A stretch of 64,000 nucleotides of DNA from Pristiophorus japonicus (taxonomy: Eukaryota). Positions 49,900 through 63,100 of the stretch are shown one piece after another. A model generated the notes under the pieces. That model was not told where the DNA came from. It saw only the letters and a program-made list of their open reading frames with translations, and searched no databases. The DNA lies in the NCBI RefSeq assembly GCF_044704955.1, contig NC_091999.1, positions 66,278,001 to 66,342,000 of the forward strand, given 5' to 3'. The translations under genes were made by a program, and so were the position numbers. Positions within the stretch are counted from its first letter, which is position 1. Every line of letters begins with the position of its first letter.

Positions 49900-52800
49900 G
49901 TAAGGAACATTCACTCATTCAGTAACTCTTGTATTTGTGTCTTTATTTTATATTTCTGTTTATTTTCATAATTATTTCGTTCCTGAAACTTGGATTCGGT
50001 GGATTTTGTTTTGAGATTTTTTGCAATCTTCAATGTGATTCTGCTGCAAAGTGATTATAGAATTCAACTGTTTCTCCACTGAAAATGTTGATGATGTGAT
50101 TTGGTGTTTATTTGCTGATGAGACTGTGTGTCTGGGTTACTTTAAATACGTTTCTGCAATGTTTAATCTCGGTGACCTCTGATTGCTGCAGGTTTTCTGA
50201 TTGAATGCAAACATTGTGTTTAAATGTGTTTAAAAGAACAGTGTAGGCACAACAGAGAAAGCTTAGCGATCTGTAAATAACCTTCAGGAATTTTATGTTT
50301 TTTAATGAAAATTACATTGTCATCTAATGTTCCCGAAAGCTCAGATTCAATACGTGAGCTGTTACTGTAATTAAGAATTGAAAAAATAACACATTTCCAG
50401 CTGGAATACATGTAAATTAACATTATTATAATGTATTAATATCACCAGTTATTATTACAATACGCTATAATATCAACATTAATGTATTTAACATGTCCCG
50501 TCTAATCACAATTCCGCTGTCAGTATTTGATGTTTCTGTTGAATTCAATTATTAGTTATTTCAGTGTTAGGCGGGTTCAGTGATTGTGTAATGAGGTTTT
50601 TTGCAATGATACATTTGATTCTGCTGAAAGCTTTTATAGAATTACGGATCTGCTCCATGAAAGATTCTGTCGAGGGATTCTGCCCCTGAGCGTTGTGATT
50701 TAGTGTTGATCTGCTGAGGAGAGTTTGTGCCCGTGTTACTCAGAATATCTAGAATATGTTAAACTGTTTGACGTTTCTACCATGTTTAATATCGGTGACA
50801 GCGGGCAGCAGCAGTTTTCTGATCGAATGCAAACACGATATATGTTTCAAACTGTTTGAAAAAAGATTGTAAGCAGAGAACAGGATGGGTTTAGAAATCA
50901 GAAATCATTGAAAGGTATTTTAACATCACAATTATTGAACTGATAATTATATATTCAACTCTTAATTTATGTTTACGATGCTGATACTTTAATGGTTGAA
51001 ATGTAACTAGTTTTCATCTACATAATTAATTTGTTCAGCTTGTAGTTGAATTAAATTACTATTAACCAACCGATTATAATGCGATTATATCTCCCAATGT
51101 TATTAAAATATGCTATAAGTCCAATGTTCATTTACATAATATTATTCGACTTCCAAAATCCTGCTCTATACTGGGCACCATTAAAGGAAGCAGAAACTGC
51201 TAGAGTTTGGATACAGTTATTAATTAGGCCTGCAATTATTTCACTGACAACATACTGATTCCACCGCTGTGTTCAGTTTGAGTCGGGTGTTCAATTACTT
51301 GCTACCTCCTGTTTACACAGATGAATGACTGAGTGCAATTAATTATAACTTAAAGCCATGTTGTAAATTGCATATTGTCGATTTAATATATCTGCCGGCG
51401 TATGACATTCGCACTGTTCAGCCAAAATTTGTTATTGAATCAATATTGTGTGTTGTTTGATCGAATTATCACTAAGTTAATCTTGAACACTTTTCAACAG
51501 CAAAAGCTGAGAGACAGGCGTCGCTGGCAGTCAAATAATTGTTCATGTAATTGTACTTAAATTCAAGGCAGCTTCCGACTGCGTATGGCTGCAGACAGGC
51601 AAATAATCCATTGAAATTCAAGCAGATTAATTTACTTACAAAAGGTTCATCTTATTTTGAATTTACTACAAAATCCTATCTCCCAAAGCGCTGCTGTCAG
51701 CGGAACAGAACGGTAGACAAACCATAGATCATATCTGAGAGTTATGTTTAATTCTTATTAATATTACATTGACGAACAAAGTCTCTCCTCCATTTGCTCA
51801 TTCAGTTTCAGTGCCCCAGATGGTCTGAATGATTTGCTATCCTCCAGTTTTACACTGACCATTCTGGAAACTATTTTCAAGAAGTAGCAGAATATATTTA
51901 ATCATTAAATTACGGGCATTATGTGAATAACTGGAGTGTTCAGCCATGAACTGATTGAATGGCGGTGCAAGCTCGAAGGGCCGAATGGCCTACTCCTGCA
52001 CCAATTTCTATGTTTCTAAGAACTATAAAAGAGTTTCTGTGTTATTAAATAGCGGGGGCTCGGCTACTGACTGCAAACTGCACGGGTGGATTTTAATTAA
52101 TAAAACCATTTTGGGGTTTAAGTTTGAAGAGAATATTTCAGCTCGAAATTCCAGTATTAGTAAACAAGCGATTTACAGGCCATCGGAGTTGTCACCCCGG
52201 CTGGACAGAGAACTATTTAAATTAGTCCACCCCCAAACCAATCATGTGAAATGTTCTCTGCGAATACACGCAGTTTATGCTATCTTAGAAACATGCAGAA
52301 TTTAAAAAGGTGTCGGTCGAGAGCGGGACAATAGTAGATCTGCGTGATTATTGTCGATTATTCAAATTTGATTCCATTTAAGTGAAAATAAAGTATATTT
52401 CTGAGTATTTATGTATTAATATGCTGCTTAATATTTTAATATTGATGAATTGTTATGTTAAGTTAAGTAAACCATAATATATCACAAGTTACCAGGCAGA
52501 AAAATGTTTTAAAATTATTAATAATTAATTGTATTTGTATGGCTGAAATTCAATCACCTTAATTTAATTTCAAAAGTTCAAAGTACGTATGCTTCTGAGG
52601 AGGAAGGGCCAGACTGGCACTCAGATTATTTTCAATATTCAGCTGACATGAACATTAACTTAGTATGTAACATCAGTGCTAATTCATTAAACATAAGCGA
52701 TCCCTTACAATTGTGTTGCATACTGGTCAGTATTACAATTATTGCACAATCTCAAGTGTTGGAGATAATGTTTAATTAATTCAAAAATTAATTGAGAAAA

Positions 52801-53509
52801 CAATGCATGTATAACCCGGCTGTGCTGAGTTCGATAAGGTGTCGCTGCAGATTTTAGTGAATTAACTTCGTGTTTTGCCTCGATGATTTTACAGGTCATA
52901 TTTACTGATGAAAATATATAAAATCAGTGGGTGATTAGGGATCACTGTATATAGCTCCTGGATTGTGATATTCTTACTCTGTCACCGAGTCCCGTGTGAC
53001 GGGCAGCAAATTCTCGTGGAATGTGAATTATTTCCAGATACTTGCTTTGAGGGAAGTTAATTTTTACACGGTTTACAAGATTGTTGGAAAAATGGCTGGA
53101 TGTTGAAGAGTCTCTCAAATTAATATCAGTACAATTTCCAAGAATCTGCAGCGTTGAGGTGTTTGGAAATTGACAAGAAATATATTAGAAATCAAACCGC
53201 TTCATTGAAATTAACAGATTGAACTGGTCTCCCTCTGCCTGGAGCACCCTTGTTGAACCGTTTGTGTCTGTTCTGTTTCTTTGTGCCTGCTCACTGGGTG
53301 AGAATCAGGAGTCTTCCTGACTGGTTGCAACTTTCTGGGTTGTGATCCTGTATTGCGGGGAGTGTTATTTAACTCAGTTATTTAAGAAACTGGTACATGT
53401 GAGAAACGTGAATGATTGACTTTAAGGTTGAGGAGTCGCCGCAGAAATGAGATCAGTAACCCAAATTGTGACAGTCAGAAGGAGCAGTTCTGAAACACCA
53501 CGGGGAGAC

Positions 53510-54030
53510 ACTAGAAGGAGCTTTAATCAGTTTCTAACCCGGTTGTACCTGCCCTGAAAGTGTTTGATATGACAGTGAAGAGAGAGCTTTACTCTGCAAC
53601 GAACCCGTGCTTTATCTTATCTGGCAGTGCTTGGTGGGACATTGTAGAGATAGCTTTAATCAGTAATTAACCTTTTCTTTACAAGTACGTGGAGCTTAAT
53701 TGGATCCATCAATATAGATTGATCTTCTATTTAATCAGAGCGAAAGGTGAGCTGGTGCGCTTTTATGGGACAGTGTATGGGGAGCATTTCTTTGTACTCG
53801 TGATAATTGTGCTTAATCTAATCGGTCAATTTGATAACGCATTTTTATGGGGAGACATTTCGTAGCACTACTCTGCAGCACTTGAGCTGGGAATGTTTGA
53901 CGGGATAGTAAAGATAACGTATTACTCTGTGTGCAACCCTTGCTATACCTGTCCTGACCCACACGGCAGCATAGCGGGAGCTTTGCTCTCTTATCCGTGC
54001 TGTATCGGACCTGAGAGTGCTTGGTCAGGC
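53510..54030 (+). repeat. Decayed ~66-bp minisatellite in the J-C intron
   Basis: gtacctgccctgaaagtgtttgat...gagctttactctg units. Confidence 0.7.
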
Positions 54031-54749
54031 AGTGTGAAGGCACCATTATCTGCGTCGAACAGATAGCAGATAAAATGCTCTTGCCAGATAGATACAATAA
54101 TTCGTCCGATTGCCCAGATTAAACAACGCACATTCATTGATGTTTATATTCTTTCTGGAAAAGATGCCCAATTTTTAATGAGTTATTAATGTTTGAACAT
54201 TTCGAGCATCAGATTACTAATGAACATGATTGGCCTGATCCTCAGCTCACTTTCAGAACAAAACGGTTCAGGAAATGAATAACGCTCAGAAAGCAGCGCC
54301 TGTTCTGAGCTGATGGGAGGCTACACGTTATTTCCACAATTAAAATGGAGAATATCGAAACTCCCACTTCAAATAACCGTCAAGGGGACCTCATCTTTAG
54401 AACCATTATGTTGTTCAATACTTCCTGAGAAGATTAAAGGCAGGGACAAACTGTGACAAGATGCAGCTATTGGCTTGGGTCACGACACAAGGCACACAAT
54501 CACTGAGCTACAATCAATTATGTGAAACATTTAAAGAGATAGAGTTAACCTGAAATAATTCATCATTCGCAATGAATTTAAGTATTTCTAACAGCATGCG
54601 ATTGACTAATTTGCGTCAGATTTATAAGATACCTTTATTTGAAATATCTTCTTTCATTTAACGAACAATAAAAACAGATCTGGTAGAGGTGTCCAAAATA
54701 TGAAATGTTTCTTTCCATGAAATCTAGAAGAACTATTGCCACTGACTCG

Positions 54750-55680
54750 TGTAGAATGATAGCATCTCACATAACTGATATTGGCCATTCAGGCATCGTG
54801 CCTGTCCCGGCTCTCAAAGAGCTGTACAATTTAGTCCAGCACCCCAGGACTTTCCTTGTAAACTTGCAAATGAGTCCTCCTAACGTACAGGAGAAACTGC
54901 CTGGAGCATTCCTGAAATTACCAACCCTCTGTGTGAAAGAAATCACCCCAATTTCCGCTTTTGATCTTTTGACAATTATTTTAAATAAGTGACCTTTGGT
55001 TACCCAGCTACTTTCCAGCGGAAGCAGTTTCTCCCTATTTGCTCTATCAAAACCTGTCATAATGTTGAATATCTCTCTTAGTTCTCCTCTTAATCTCCGC
55101 TCTAAGGTAAACATCCCAGCTTCTCCAATCTCTCCACATAACTGAAGAGCCCATTCCTGGTATCATCATGGTAAAAGCCTCCCCTCTACATTCCCCAAGG
55201 GCTTGTATTGTTCCTACATTATTGTGCCAGAATTGTATAAAATACTCCAGCTGAGGCCTAACCAATGATCTATCAGATTAGCATAACCGCCTTGTTTTTG
55301 TAGTTAGTGCCCCATTTACAAAGTCAAGTATCCCATAAGCTTTGATAACAGCGTTACCAGTTTGCCCTGCCCACTTCAAAGATTTGTGAATATGAACATC
55401 CCGATCTCTCTATTCGTGCATCCCTTCAAAACAATACTATTTAGATAATACTGCCTCTCCATCTTCCACCCAATGAGCATCGCTTGTCAATGATTCGCAT
55501 TAAATTGCAATTGCCATGTCCCGGCCCATTTCACTGGTCCATCCGTCTCCTCATGGAGTCTGCTGCTATCAACTCATTACAGGCTACGTTGCCCGGTTTT
55601 GCATCATTTTTGAACTTCGAATTTGTATTCCCTATAACCAAGTCCATGTCATTGTTATATAACAAGAACAATAATGGGAA
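54750..55680 (-). mobile_element. CR1 3' fragment
   Basis: FTLERRLRGELREIFNIMTGFDR; VRPQLEYFIQFW; SKFKNDAKPG. Confidence 0.85.
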
Positions 55681-56419
55681 TTGAAACGGGCTATTTAACG
55701 AGAAACTTCCAATTAACCGGATTTTGGAATGGTATATTAATTGAGTGGCAGGGAGGAGGAAACTCAAGAGACATTCATTCAAGGATGGAATTGAGCTCAG
55801 ATCACAGTGCGCTGAACGACATCGCTCTCCCCCAAATGCTGAGAAAATAATGGAGAGATTCGACTCAATCGCGATTCATCTACAGCTTGAATCTTAGAAA
55901 CCAGACTATGGAAATGCTACCTGTAGAATTATGTGGTAGGCAAGTTTAGAGGGTTTTTTTGCTAACGTCCTAAGCAGGAATTCCGCTTTTACTTGGAAGA
56001 ACAGTCACTGTTGTTTTGTAGGGATACGCCGCAGGCAATGTGCACAGAGCAAATTTCCCCAATCTGCAATGAAATAAAGGACAAGAAATGGTGCTGATTA
56101 AGAAATAAATACAGGTCGAAATAGCAGGAACACGCCTCTGTTCTTCCATTGTATGATCCAATGAAGGATTCTTTATTGCCGAGTTGTGTAAAGGTTCTTG
56201 TTGTGTAATGTGATAGTGCTCGGGGATAGAAAGGTGTGTTCCTGATCAGGGCATCGATAGGTGCTTACGATAGAACTGACAGAAGCTCAAATGCCCGATT
56301 AGTCTTTGATGGAGAAATGGTGGAATTAGTTTATTCTGCAGTCAAATATCGAGTTGTTTATTTCTTGTATAAGGACTGATTACAGAGTCTAACTTGTTCA
56401 ATGGGCCATTCTTTCCCAG

Positions 56420-56717
56420 TAACACCGTCTGCCCCCACCCTCTACGCATTGCTCTCCTCCTTTGAACAACCCAGCACCGATGGCTCCATCATGTAGGGCT
56501 GTTTGGCGATGGACTACTCCCAGACATCAGCAGCCATTTCTGGAGGAACACAAAGAGCTGATCACCACTGCATTGAAGACCTACCAGTCATTGTTCTACA
56601 AGCAGGTTACCTACACCCTGAGCAGCCAGTTAACCATCACAGAGTCAGAGGTGGGGAGCAGCATAATCTATTGCGAGATTCGACGTGGTGGGTCGGTGTG
56701 GAACATCACAATATCAG
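56420..56717 (+). pseudogene. IGHM: IgM constant exon Cmu1 (pseudo)
   Basis: cccag|[32 protein letters not shown](fs)...[52 protein letters not shown]|gttag; stop at 56494-56496 plus frameshifts. Confidence 0.95.
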
Positions 56718-56794
56718 GTTAGTGATGTGGGATACAGGGCAAACTGCGATCAGGTGAGAAGTTATGTTCAACTTGGATAGAAACTTGGTTAGAC

Positions 56795-57167
56795 CACACT
56801 TAGAGTACTGTGCACAGTTCTGGTCTCCATATAATACTTAGAATACTGTGTGCAGTTCTAGTTTCCTTGTCACATTTAGAATATTGTTTAAATTCTGGTT
56901 TCCATCTCATACTTAGAATACTGTGTAAAGTTCTGGTCTCCATATCATACTTAGAATATTATGCACAGTTCCGGTCTCCATATCACAGTTAGAATGTGTG
57001 CACAGTTCTGTTCTCCATATCACACTTAGAATATTATTAAAGTTCTGGTTTCCATCTCATACATAGAATATGTTGTAAAGTTATGGTTTCCATACCATAC
57101 TTAGAATATTGTGCACAGTTCCAGTCTGCATGTTGCACTGAGTATACTATGCACAGTTTGATCTCTG
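56795..57167 (+). repeat. ~38-bp tandem repeat (~10 copies) derived from CR1 ORF2
   Basis: Unit cacacttagagtactgtgcacagttctggtctccatat corresponds to the CR1 HLEYCxQFWSP codons. Confidence 0.9.
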
Positions 57168-57283
57168 TAAGTGCCAGGTTAGTGTTAGTCGGACAGCAAA
57201 TAACGTTTTAAAATATAAGGACACTTTGTATTTCGTAATCATTTATTTTGCAAGCAATGTCAATAAAATGCCTTCTCGTGAAG

Positions 57284-57600
57284 GTCCTGAACGGGACTTT
57301 GTTCCTCCAATTGTTCTCCTCATGCTAAGTTCCACTGAACAAATCACCAGCAGCAGATATGCAAGCGCCGTGTGTTCAATCACCGATTTCAGGCCAAAGT
57401 CACTGACCGTGAATTGGCTGAAGAGTGGACAACTCCTGGATTCGGGCTTTGTCGCCTCTCCCGTCTTTGAGGTGAGCAGAAACTGCTTGATGGCTAGTCG
57501 GCTGACAGTCCCCGCAGGGAATGGTTCAGCGGCTCGGTCTACACCTGCCAGGTCACTCATGAAGGGGTCACACAAAGCCGTAACTTCACCAGATCTCAGG
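57284..57600 (+). pseudogene. IGHM: IgM constant exon Cmu2 (pseudo)
   Basis: [53 protein letters not shown]...SRLTVPA(fs)[27 protein letters not shown]|gtatg; 1-nt frameshift ~57517. Confidence 0.95.
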
Positions 57601-57734
57601 GTATGAGGCACATTCCCTGCAGGTTCCAGACCATTCTGAGCGCAGATCTCAGTCAGGATTTATTTTGAAATTAGTAAAAAGCAGAGGACTATTCCTAATT
57701 CCCAATCAGGCAGTTTGTGTATTCTTGTGATACA

Positions 57735-58150
57735 AACTTGCTTTTATACAGCGCCTTCAGCGACCTTAGAGTGAATCAAAGCGCTTGCCAGGCAATGAAT
57801 TAAGTTGCGAAATGTTGTCACAGTTGTAATGTATCAAGTGCGGCAGTCATTTAGTGCACAGCAAGCTCCCACAACCAGCAGTGTAATAATGACCATTTTT
57901 TTTGTTTCGTGATATTTCTTGAGGGATAAATATTCCCAGGCCACCAGGGGGAACTTATCTGCTTTTCATTTAAATAATTCAGGGGAACTTTTACCTCCAC
58001 CTGAGAGGCCGACCGATTTTTGGTTTAACACATGATCCGACAGACGGCACATCCGACAATGCACCACGCCCCCAGTACTGCACTGAGAGACTCAGCTTAC
58101 ATTTTGTGATCAAGTATCTGGTGTGGAACTTCAACCCACGATCGTCTCCT
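57735..58150 (-). mobile_element. Deu-domain SINE
   Basis: Reverse complement of the SINE at 20200-20630 (cttgcttttatacagcgcc, gcaagctcccaca, cagtactgcactg). Confidence 0.75.
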
Positions 58151-58329
58151 TCAGGATTCCTCATTGCACAGGATTTATTAACCTCGCCAAAGAAGCTTTC
58201 CCCCTGCTCTGGTGACAGGCAGTGAGTGAAGTGTCACTTGTCTCAGGTATATCCTGAGTTGGCTGATCATATACGGAGTGGCAGTCGAAGTCTGGAATCC
58301 TTTACTGCTTACTGTCCAGGAACCCACAG

Positions 58330-58865
58330 CAAGAATGTGCATCGACCCTATTCAGAGCGCTGGGCCCAATTCTGGGCTCCGCACCTCAGGAAGGATATAT
58401 GTGGAGGCGCTAAACTAAATGTTTACCGGAATTATACCAGGGTTAATAATGTAAAATGATCAGGAGACGAGTATAGAACGTTAAGAGATGATCCAATTGA
58501 CGTGTTTAAGTTGATAAATGGAATTGATTGTGTAGATATAGAAAGATTTCTTTAGTTTGATGGGAGAGTCCAGAACAAGTAGCAGAACCTTAACATTAGA
58601 GTTAGGCCGTGCAGAGGTGATGTCAGAAAGGATTTTTTTTCATAGGAAGAATAGTGCAAGTCGGGATTTCACTCCCCAAAAGCTGCTGACACTTGCTTTC
58701 AATTGAAAGTTGAAAACTGAGATTGATAGATTTTAGTTCGGCATGATTATCAAGGCATACATAACCACGGCGTGAAGATGGTGTTGAGTGTTGTTCAGCC
58801 ATGATCTAACTGGATGGCGGGACAGGATGGATGGGCTGAATGGCCTTCTCCTGTTCCTATGTTGC
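58330..58865 (+). mobile_element. CR1 3' fragment
   Basis: QFWAPHLRKDI; 3' UTR gggctgaatggccttctcctgttcctatgtt. Confidence 0.8.
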
Positions 58866-59572
58866 TATTAATGCCCTGAGGTCATAGTGCCTTCTGACTC
58901 TCTCTCACCAGGCATGATAAATGTTCAGAAATAACAGATATTTACAAAGCACCTCATATCATTACAAATGATGCCCCACCAAAAAAGACGCCTTGCAACT
59001 CCATTCCGCGGACTTTGCACTTCTCCTCTGACGGGGGCTGTGACTGGTTCCTGCACATTTTCATCGCAACAAAAATCGCAGCAAGAGACCAGAAACTTAA
59101 CTTTGTTTCCTGTTGTCCCATAAATCCTGAACTTAATTTGACACTGGTTTGGAACTACTATAATGCTGGTGTAGACCTCTTGAACTACCGGCTATTCGGG
59201 CTTCAGGTATTACAACCAGCGGAGATGCACTTGAGTGCAAGAATCTACAGACGGGCGTAAAGGAGCAAGGGATTTCAGGAAGGGCGCTATTCAGTGCCTA
59301 TCACAATTGCGTCCCAATGTATTCACATTTTACGCCAGGCATTTGCTTCACAGCCCATTACAGGTGGCGTGGGCTGCAAATGCACAAGAAACGTTACAGA
59401 TCTCCCGGAATCGTTGCCAATTCATTGTCCTTCCAATAACCCCTGTGTTCAAGCAATAGCGAGAGGTTGATATCTAAAAAGTGATTTATTCCCCTTGAAA
59501 GAGTTAAGGCTAAATATTGGTGTCCTGATTCTGAAGATGCAGCGTTTCCTGATTTTAATTCCTGTCTCGCAG

Positions 59573-59881
59573 TGGATGTCCCATGCAGCGATTCAAAAAT
59601 CACTCTTCGCCCCCCGTCACTGGAACAGGTCTTACTGGAGGCGATAGTGACCTCAACCTGCGTCATGTCTGACGCTCCTTATGGGCTTACCGTGTCCTGG
59701 ACTCGAGAATAGGAGGCTTTGAAATCAGAGATTGCCGGCCAACCCGGAGAGGATCCCAACAGCGTGATCAGCTACTTAATCATCTCGACACAAGACTGGC
59801 TGAGTGGGGATAAGTTCTACTGCGTGGTGAGCCATTAGGAAATGCCGACACCTATCAGAGATTTCATCCAAAAGGAAAAGG
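59573..59881 (+). pseudogene. IGHM: IgM constant exon Cmu3 (pseudo)
   Basis: cgcag|[100 protein letters not shown]|gtgag; two TAG stops. Confidence 0.96.
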
Positions 59882-60196
59882 GTGAGCGGGGAGATTGTTC
59901 CAAAAAGTGAGACACTACGACTATTTCCGATGCATGTGCAAGGGCCAGTTCATAATATAAAGTGTTTAATGGGCTACTCTGATCATTCAGTTTGGTAATT
60001 CCACCAACTTAGCATTCTGGGACCTGACATTATGCATTTAAGGGGAAACTGGTTAAGTCCATGAGAAAGAAAGGATGATAAGGGTATGTTATTCGGATGA
60101 GATGAAGTGGGCTAGGAGGAGGCTTGTGTGGATCATAAACACCGGCATAGACCAGTTGGCCAAATCTCCCTGTTCTGTGCATTAAATTCGATGTAA

Positions 60197-63100
60197 GTGA
60201 TTGGCTGGTGATTGGTGATTAGTATTTCTTTTTTCTCTTCGATAACAGTGAGTAAACTTGAGCATTGTTGTTGCTGATCTAAGGGTTGAGTCATGGCAGG
60301 ACAGCTCGGTCACGTGTTATGCTCCACCTGTACCATGTGGGAACTCAGGGACGACACCAGTGTTCATGACGACTAAGTGTGAAGGAAGTGTATCCGCCTC
60401 CAGCTCCTGATGGACCGCGATGCGTAATTAGAGCTGAGGGTGGATTCACTCTGGAGCATCTATGATGCTGAGATTAACGTGAGTAGCACGTGTAGCGAGT
60501 TGGTCGTACCGCAGGGAAACGGTCCACAGCCAGATAGGGAATGGAAGACCAGCAGGAAGAGCAGTGCATGTAAGGTAGTGCAGGGGTCCCCTGTGGTGAA
60601 ACCCCTGCAAAACCTATAAACTTCTTTGGGTACTGTTGGGGGGGATGAATCATCAGGGGAGGGCAGCAGCAGCCAAGTTCATGGCACCGTCGCTGGCTCT
60701 GTTGCACAGGAGGGCAGGAAAACGTGTGGGAGAGCGATAGTGATAGGTGATTCAATTGTAAGGGGAATAGATAGGAATTTCTGCGGCCGCAGCCGAGACT
60801 CCAGGATGGTATGTTGCCTCCCTGGTGCAAGGGTCAAGGATGTCTCGGAGAGGGTGCAGGACATTCTAAAAATGGAGGGAGAACATCCAGTTGTCGTGGT
60901 GCACATTGGTACCAACGACATAGGTAGATATATGGATGAGGTCCTACGAAAGATATTTAAGGAGCTCGGAGCTAAATTAAAAAGTAGGACCTCAAAAGTA
61001 GTAATCTCGTGATTGCTACAAGTGCCACGTGCTCGTCAGAGTAGGAATCGCAGGATAGTTCAGAAGAATACGTGGCTTGAGCAGTGGTGCAGCAGGGAGG
61101 GATTCAAATTCCTGGGGCATTGGAACTGGTTCTGGGGGAGGTGGGACCAGGATAAACCGGACGGACTGCACCTGGGCAGGACGGAGCCAATGTCCTTGGG
61201 GGAGTGTTTGTTAGTGCTGTTGGGGAGGAGTTAAACTAATATGGTAGGGGAATGGGAACCAATGCAGGGAGAACAAGGGAAACAAAAAGAGACAAAAGCA
61301 AAAGACAGAAAGGAGATGAGGAAAAGTGGAGGGCAGAGGAACCCAAGGCAAATAACAAAAAGGGCCACTGTACAGCAAAATTCTAAAAGGATAAAGGGTG
61401 TTAAAAAAACAAGCCTGAAGGCTTTGTGTCTTATTGCAAGGAGTATCCATAATATGCTGGATGAATTAACTGTGCAAATAGATGTTAACAAAAATTATGT
61501 GATTGGGATTACTTTGACGTGGCTCCAGGTTAATCAGGGCTGGGAACTCAACGTTCAGGGGTACTCAACATTCAGGAAGGATATAATAAAATGAAAAGGA
61601 GGTGGGGTATCATTGCTCGTTAAGGAGGAGATTAATGCAATAGTTAGGAACGACATTATGTTGGATGATGTGGAATCTATATGGGTAGAGCTGCAGAACA
61701 CGAAAGGGCAAAATACGTTAATGGGTGTTGTGTACAGATATCCAAAGAGTAGTAGTGATGTTGGGGAGGGCATCAAACAGGAAATTAGGGGTGCATGCAA
61801 TAAAGGTGCAGCTGTTACAATGGGTGAAACATAGAAACATAGAAACATAGAAAATAGGTGCAGGAGCAGGCCATTCAGCCCTTCTAGCCTGCACCGCCAT
61901 TCAATGAGTTCATGGCTGAACATGAAACTTCAGTACCCCCTACCTGCTTTCTCGCCATAACCCTTGATCCCCCGAGTAGTAAGGACTTCATCTAACTCCC
62001 TTTTGAATATATTTAGTGAATTGGCCTCAACTACTTTCTGTGGTAGAGAATTCCACAGGTTCACCACTCTCTGGGTGAAGAAGTTTCTCCTCATCTCGGT
62101 CCTAAATGGCTTACCCCTTATCCTCAGACTGTGACCCCTGGTTCTGGACTTCCCCAACATTGGGAACATTCTTTCTGCATCTAACCTGTCTAAACCCGTC
62201 AGAATTTTAAACGTTTCTATGAGGTCCCCTCTCATTCTTCTGAACTCCAGTGAATACAAGCCCAATTGATCCAATCTTTCTTGATAGGTCAGTCCCGCCA
62301 TCCCGGGAATCAGTCTGGTACTTTAATATGCACATAGATTGGGCTAACCAAACTGGAAGCAATACGGTGGAGGAGGTTTTCCTGGAGTGCATAAGGGATG
62401 GTTTTCTAGACCAATATGTCGAGGAACCAACTAGAGGGGAGGCCATCTTATACTGGGTGTTGTGTAATGAGAGAGGATTAATTAGCAATCTCGTTGTGCG
62501 AGGCCCCGTGAGGAAGAGTGACCATGATATGCTGGAATTCTGCATTAGGATGGAGAATGAAACAGTTAATTCAGAGACCATGGTCCCGAATTTAAAGAAG
62601 GGTACTTTGAAGGTATGAGGCGTGAATTGTCTAGGATAGATTGGCGAATGATACTTAAGGGTTTGACTGTGGATGGGCAATGGCAGACATTTAGAGACCG
62701 CATGGATCAACTACAACAATTGTACATTCCTGTCTGGCGTAAAAATAAAATAGGGAAGGTGCCTCAAACTTGGCTATCAAAGGAAATCAGGGATAGTATT
62801 AAAGCCAAGGAAGTGGCATGGAAATTGGCCAGAAATAGCAGCGAACCCGGGGACAGGGAGAAATTTAGAACTCAGCAGAAGAGGACAAATGCTTTGATTA
62901 ACGCAGGTAAAATGGAGTACGAGAAGAAGCTTGCAGGGAACATTAAGACGGATTGCAAAAGTTTCTATCGGTATGTAAAGAGAAAAATGTTAGAGGAAAG
63001 ACAAACGTAGGTCCCCTGCAGTCAGAATCAGGGGAAGTCATAACGGGGAACAAAGAAATGGCGGAACAATTGAAAAAGTACTTTGGTTCGGTATTCACGA

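Noticed and set aside
48960-59881. Functional IgM gene, or selection on its intact splice sites
   Set aside because: V and all three C exons carry stops or frameshifts; survival of the splice dinucleotides is compatible with neutral decay.
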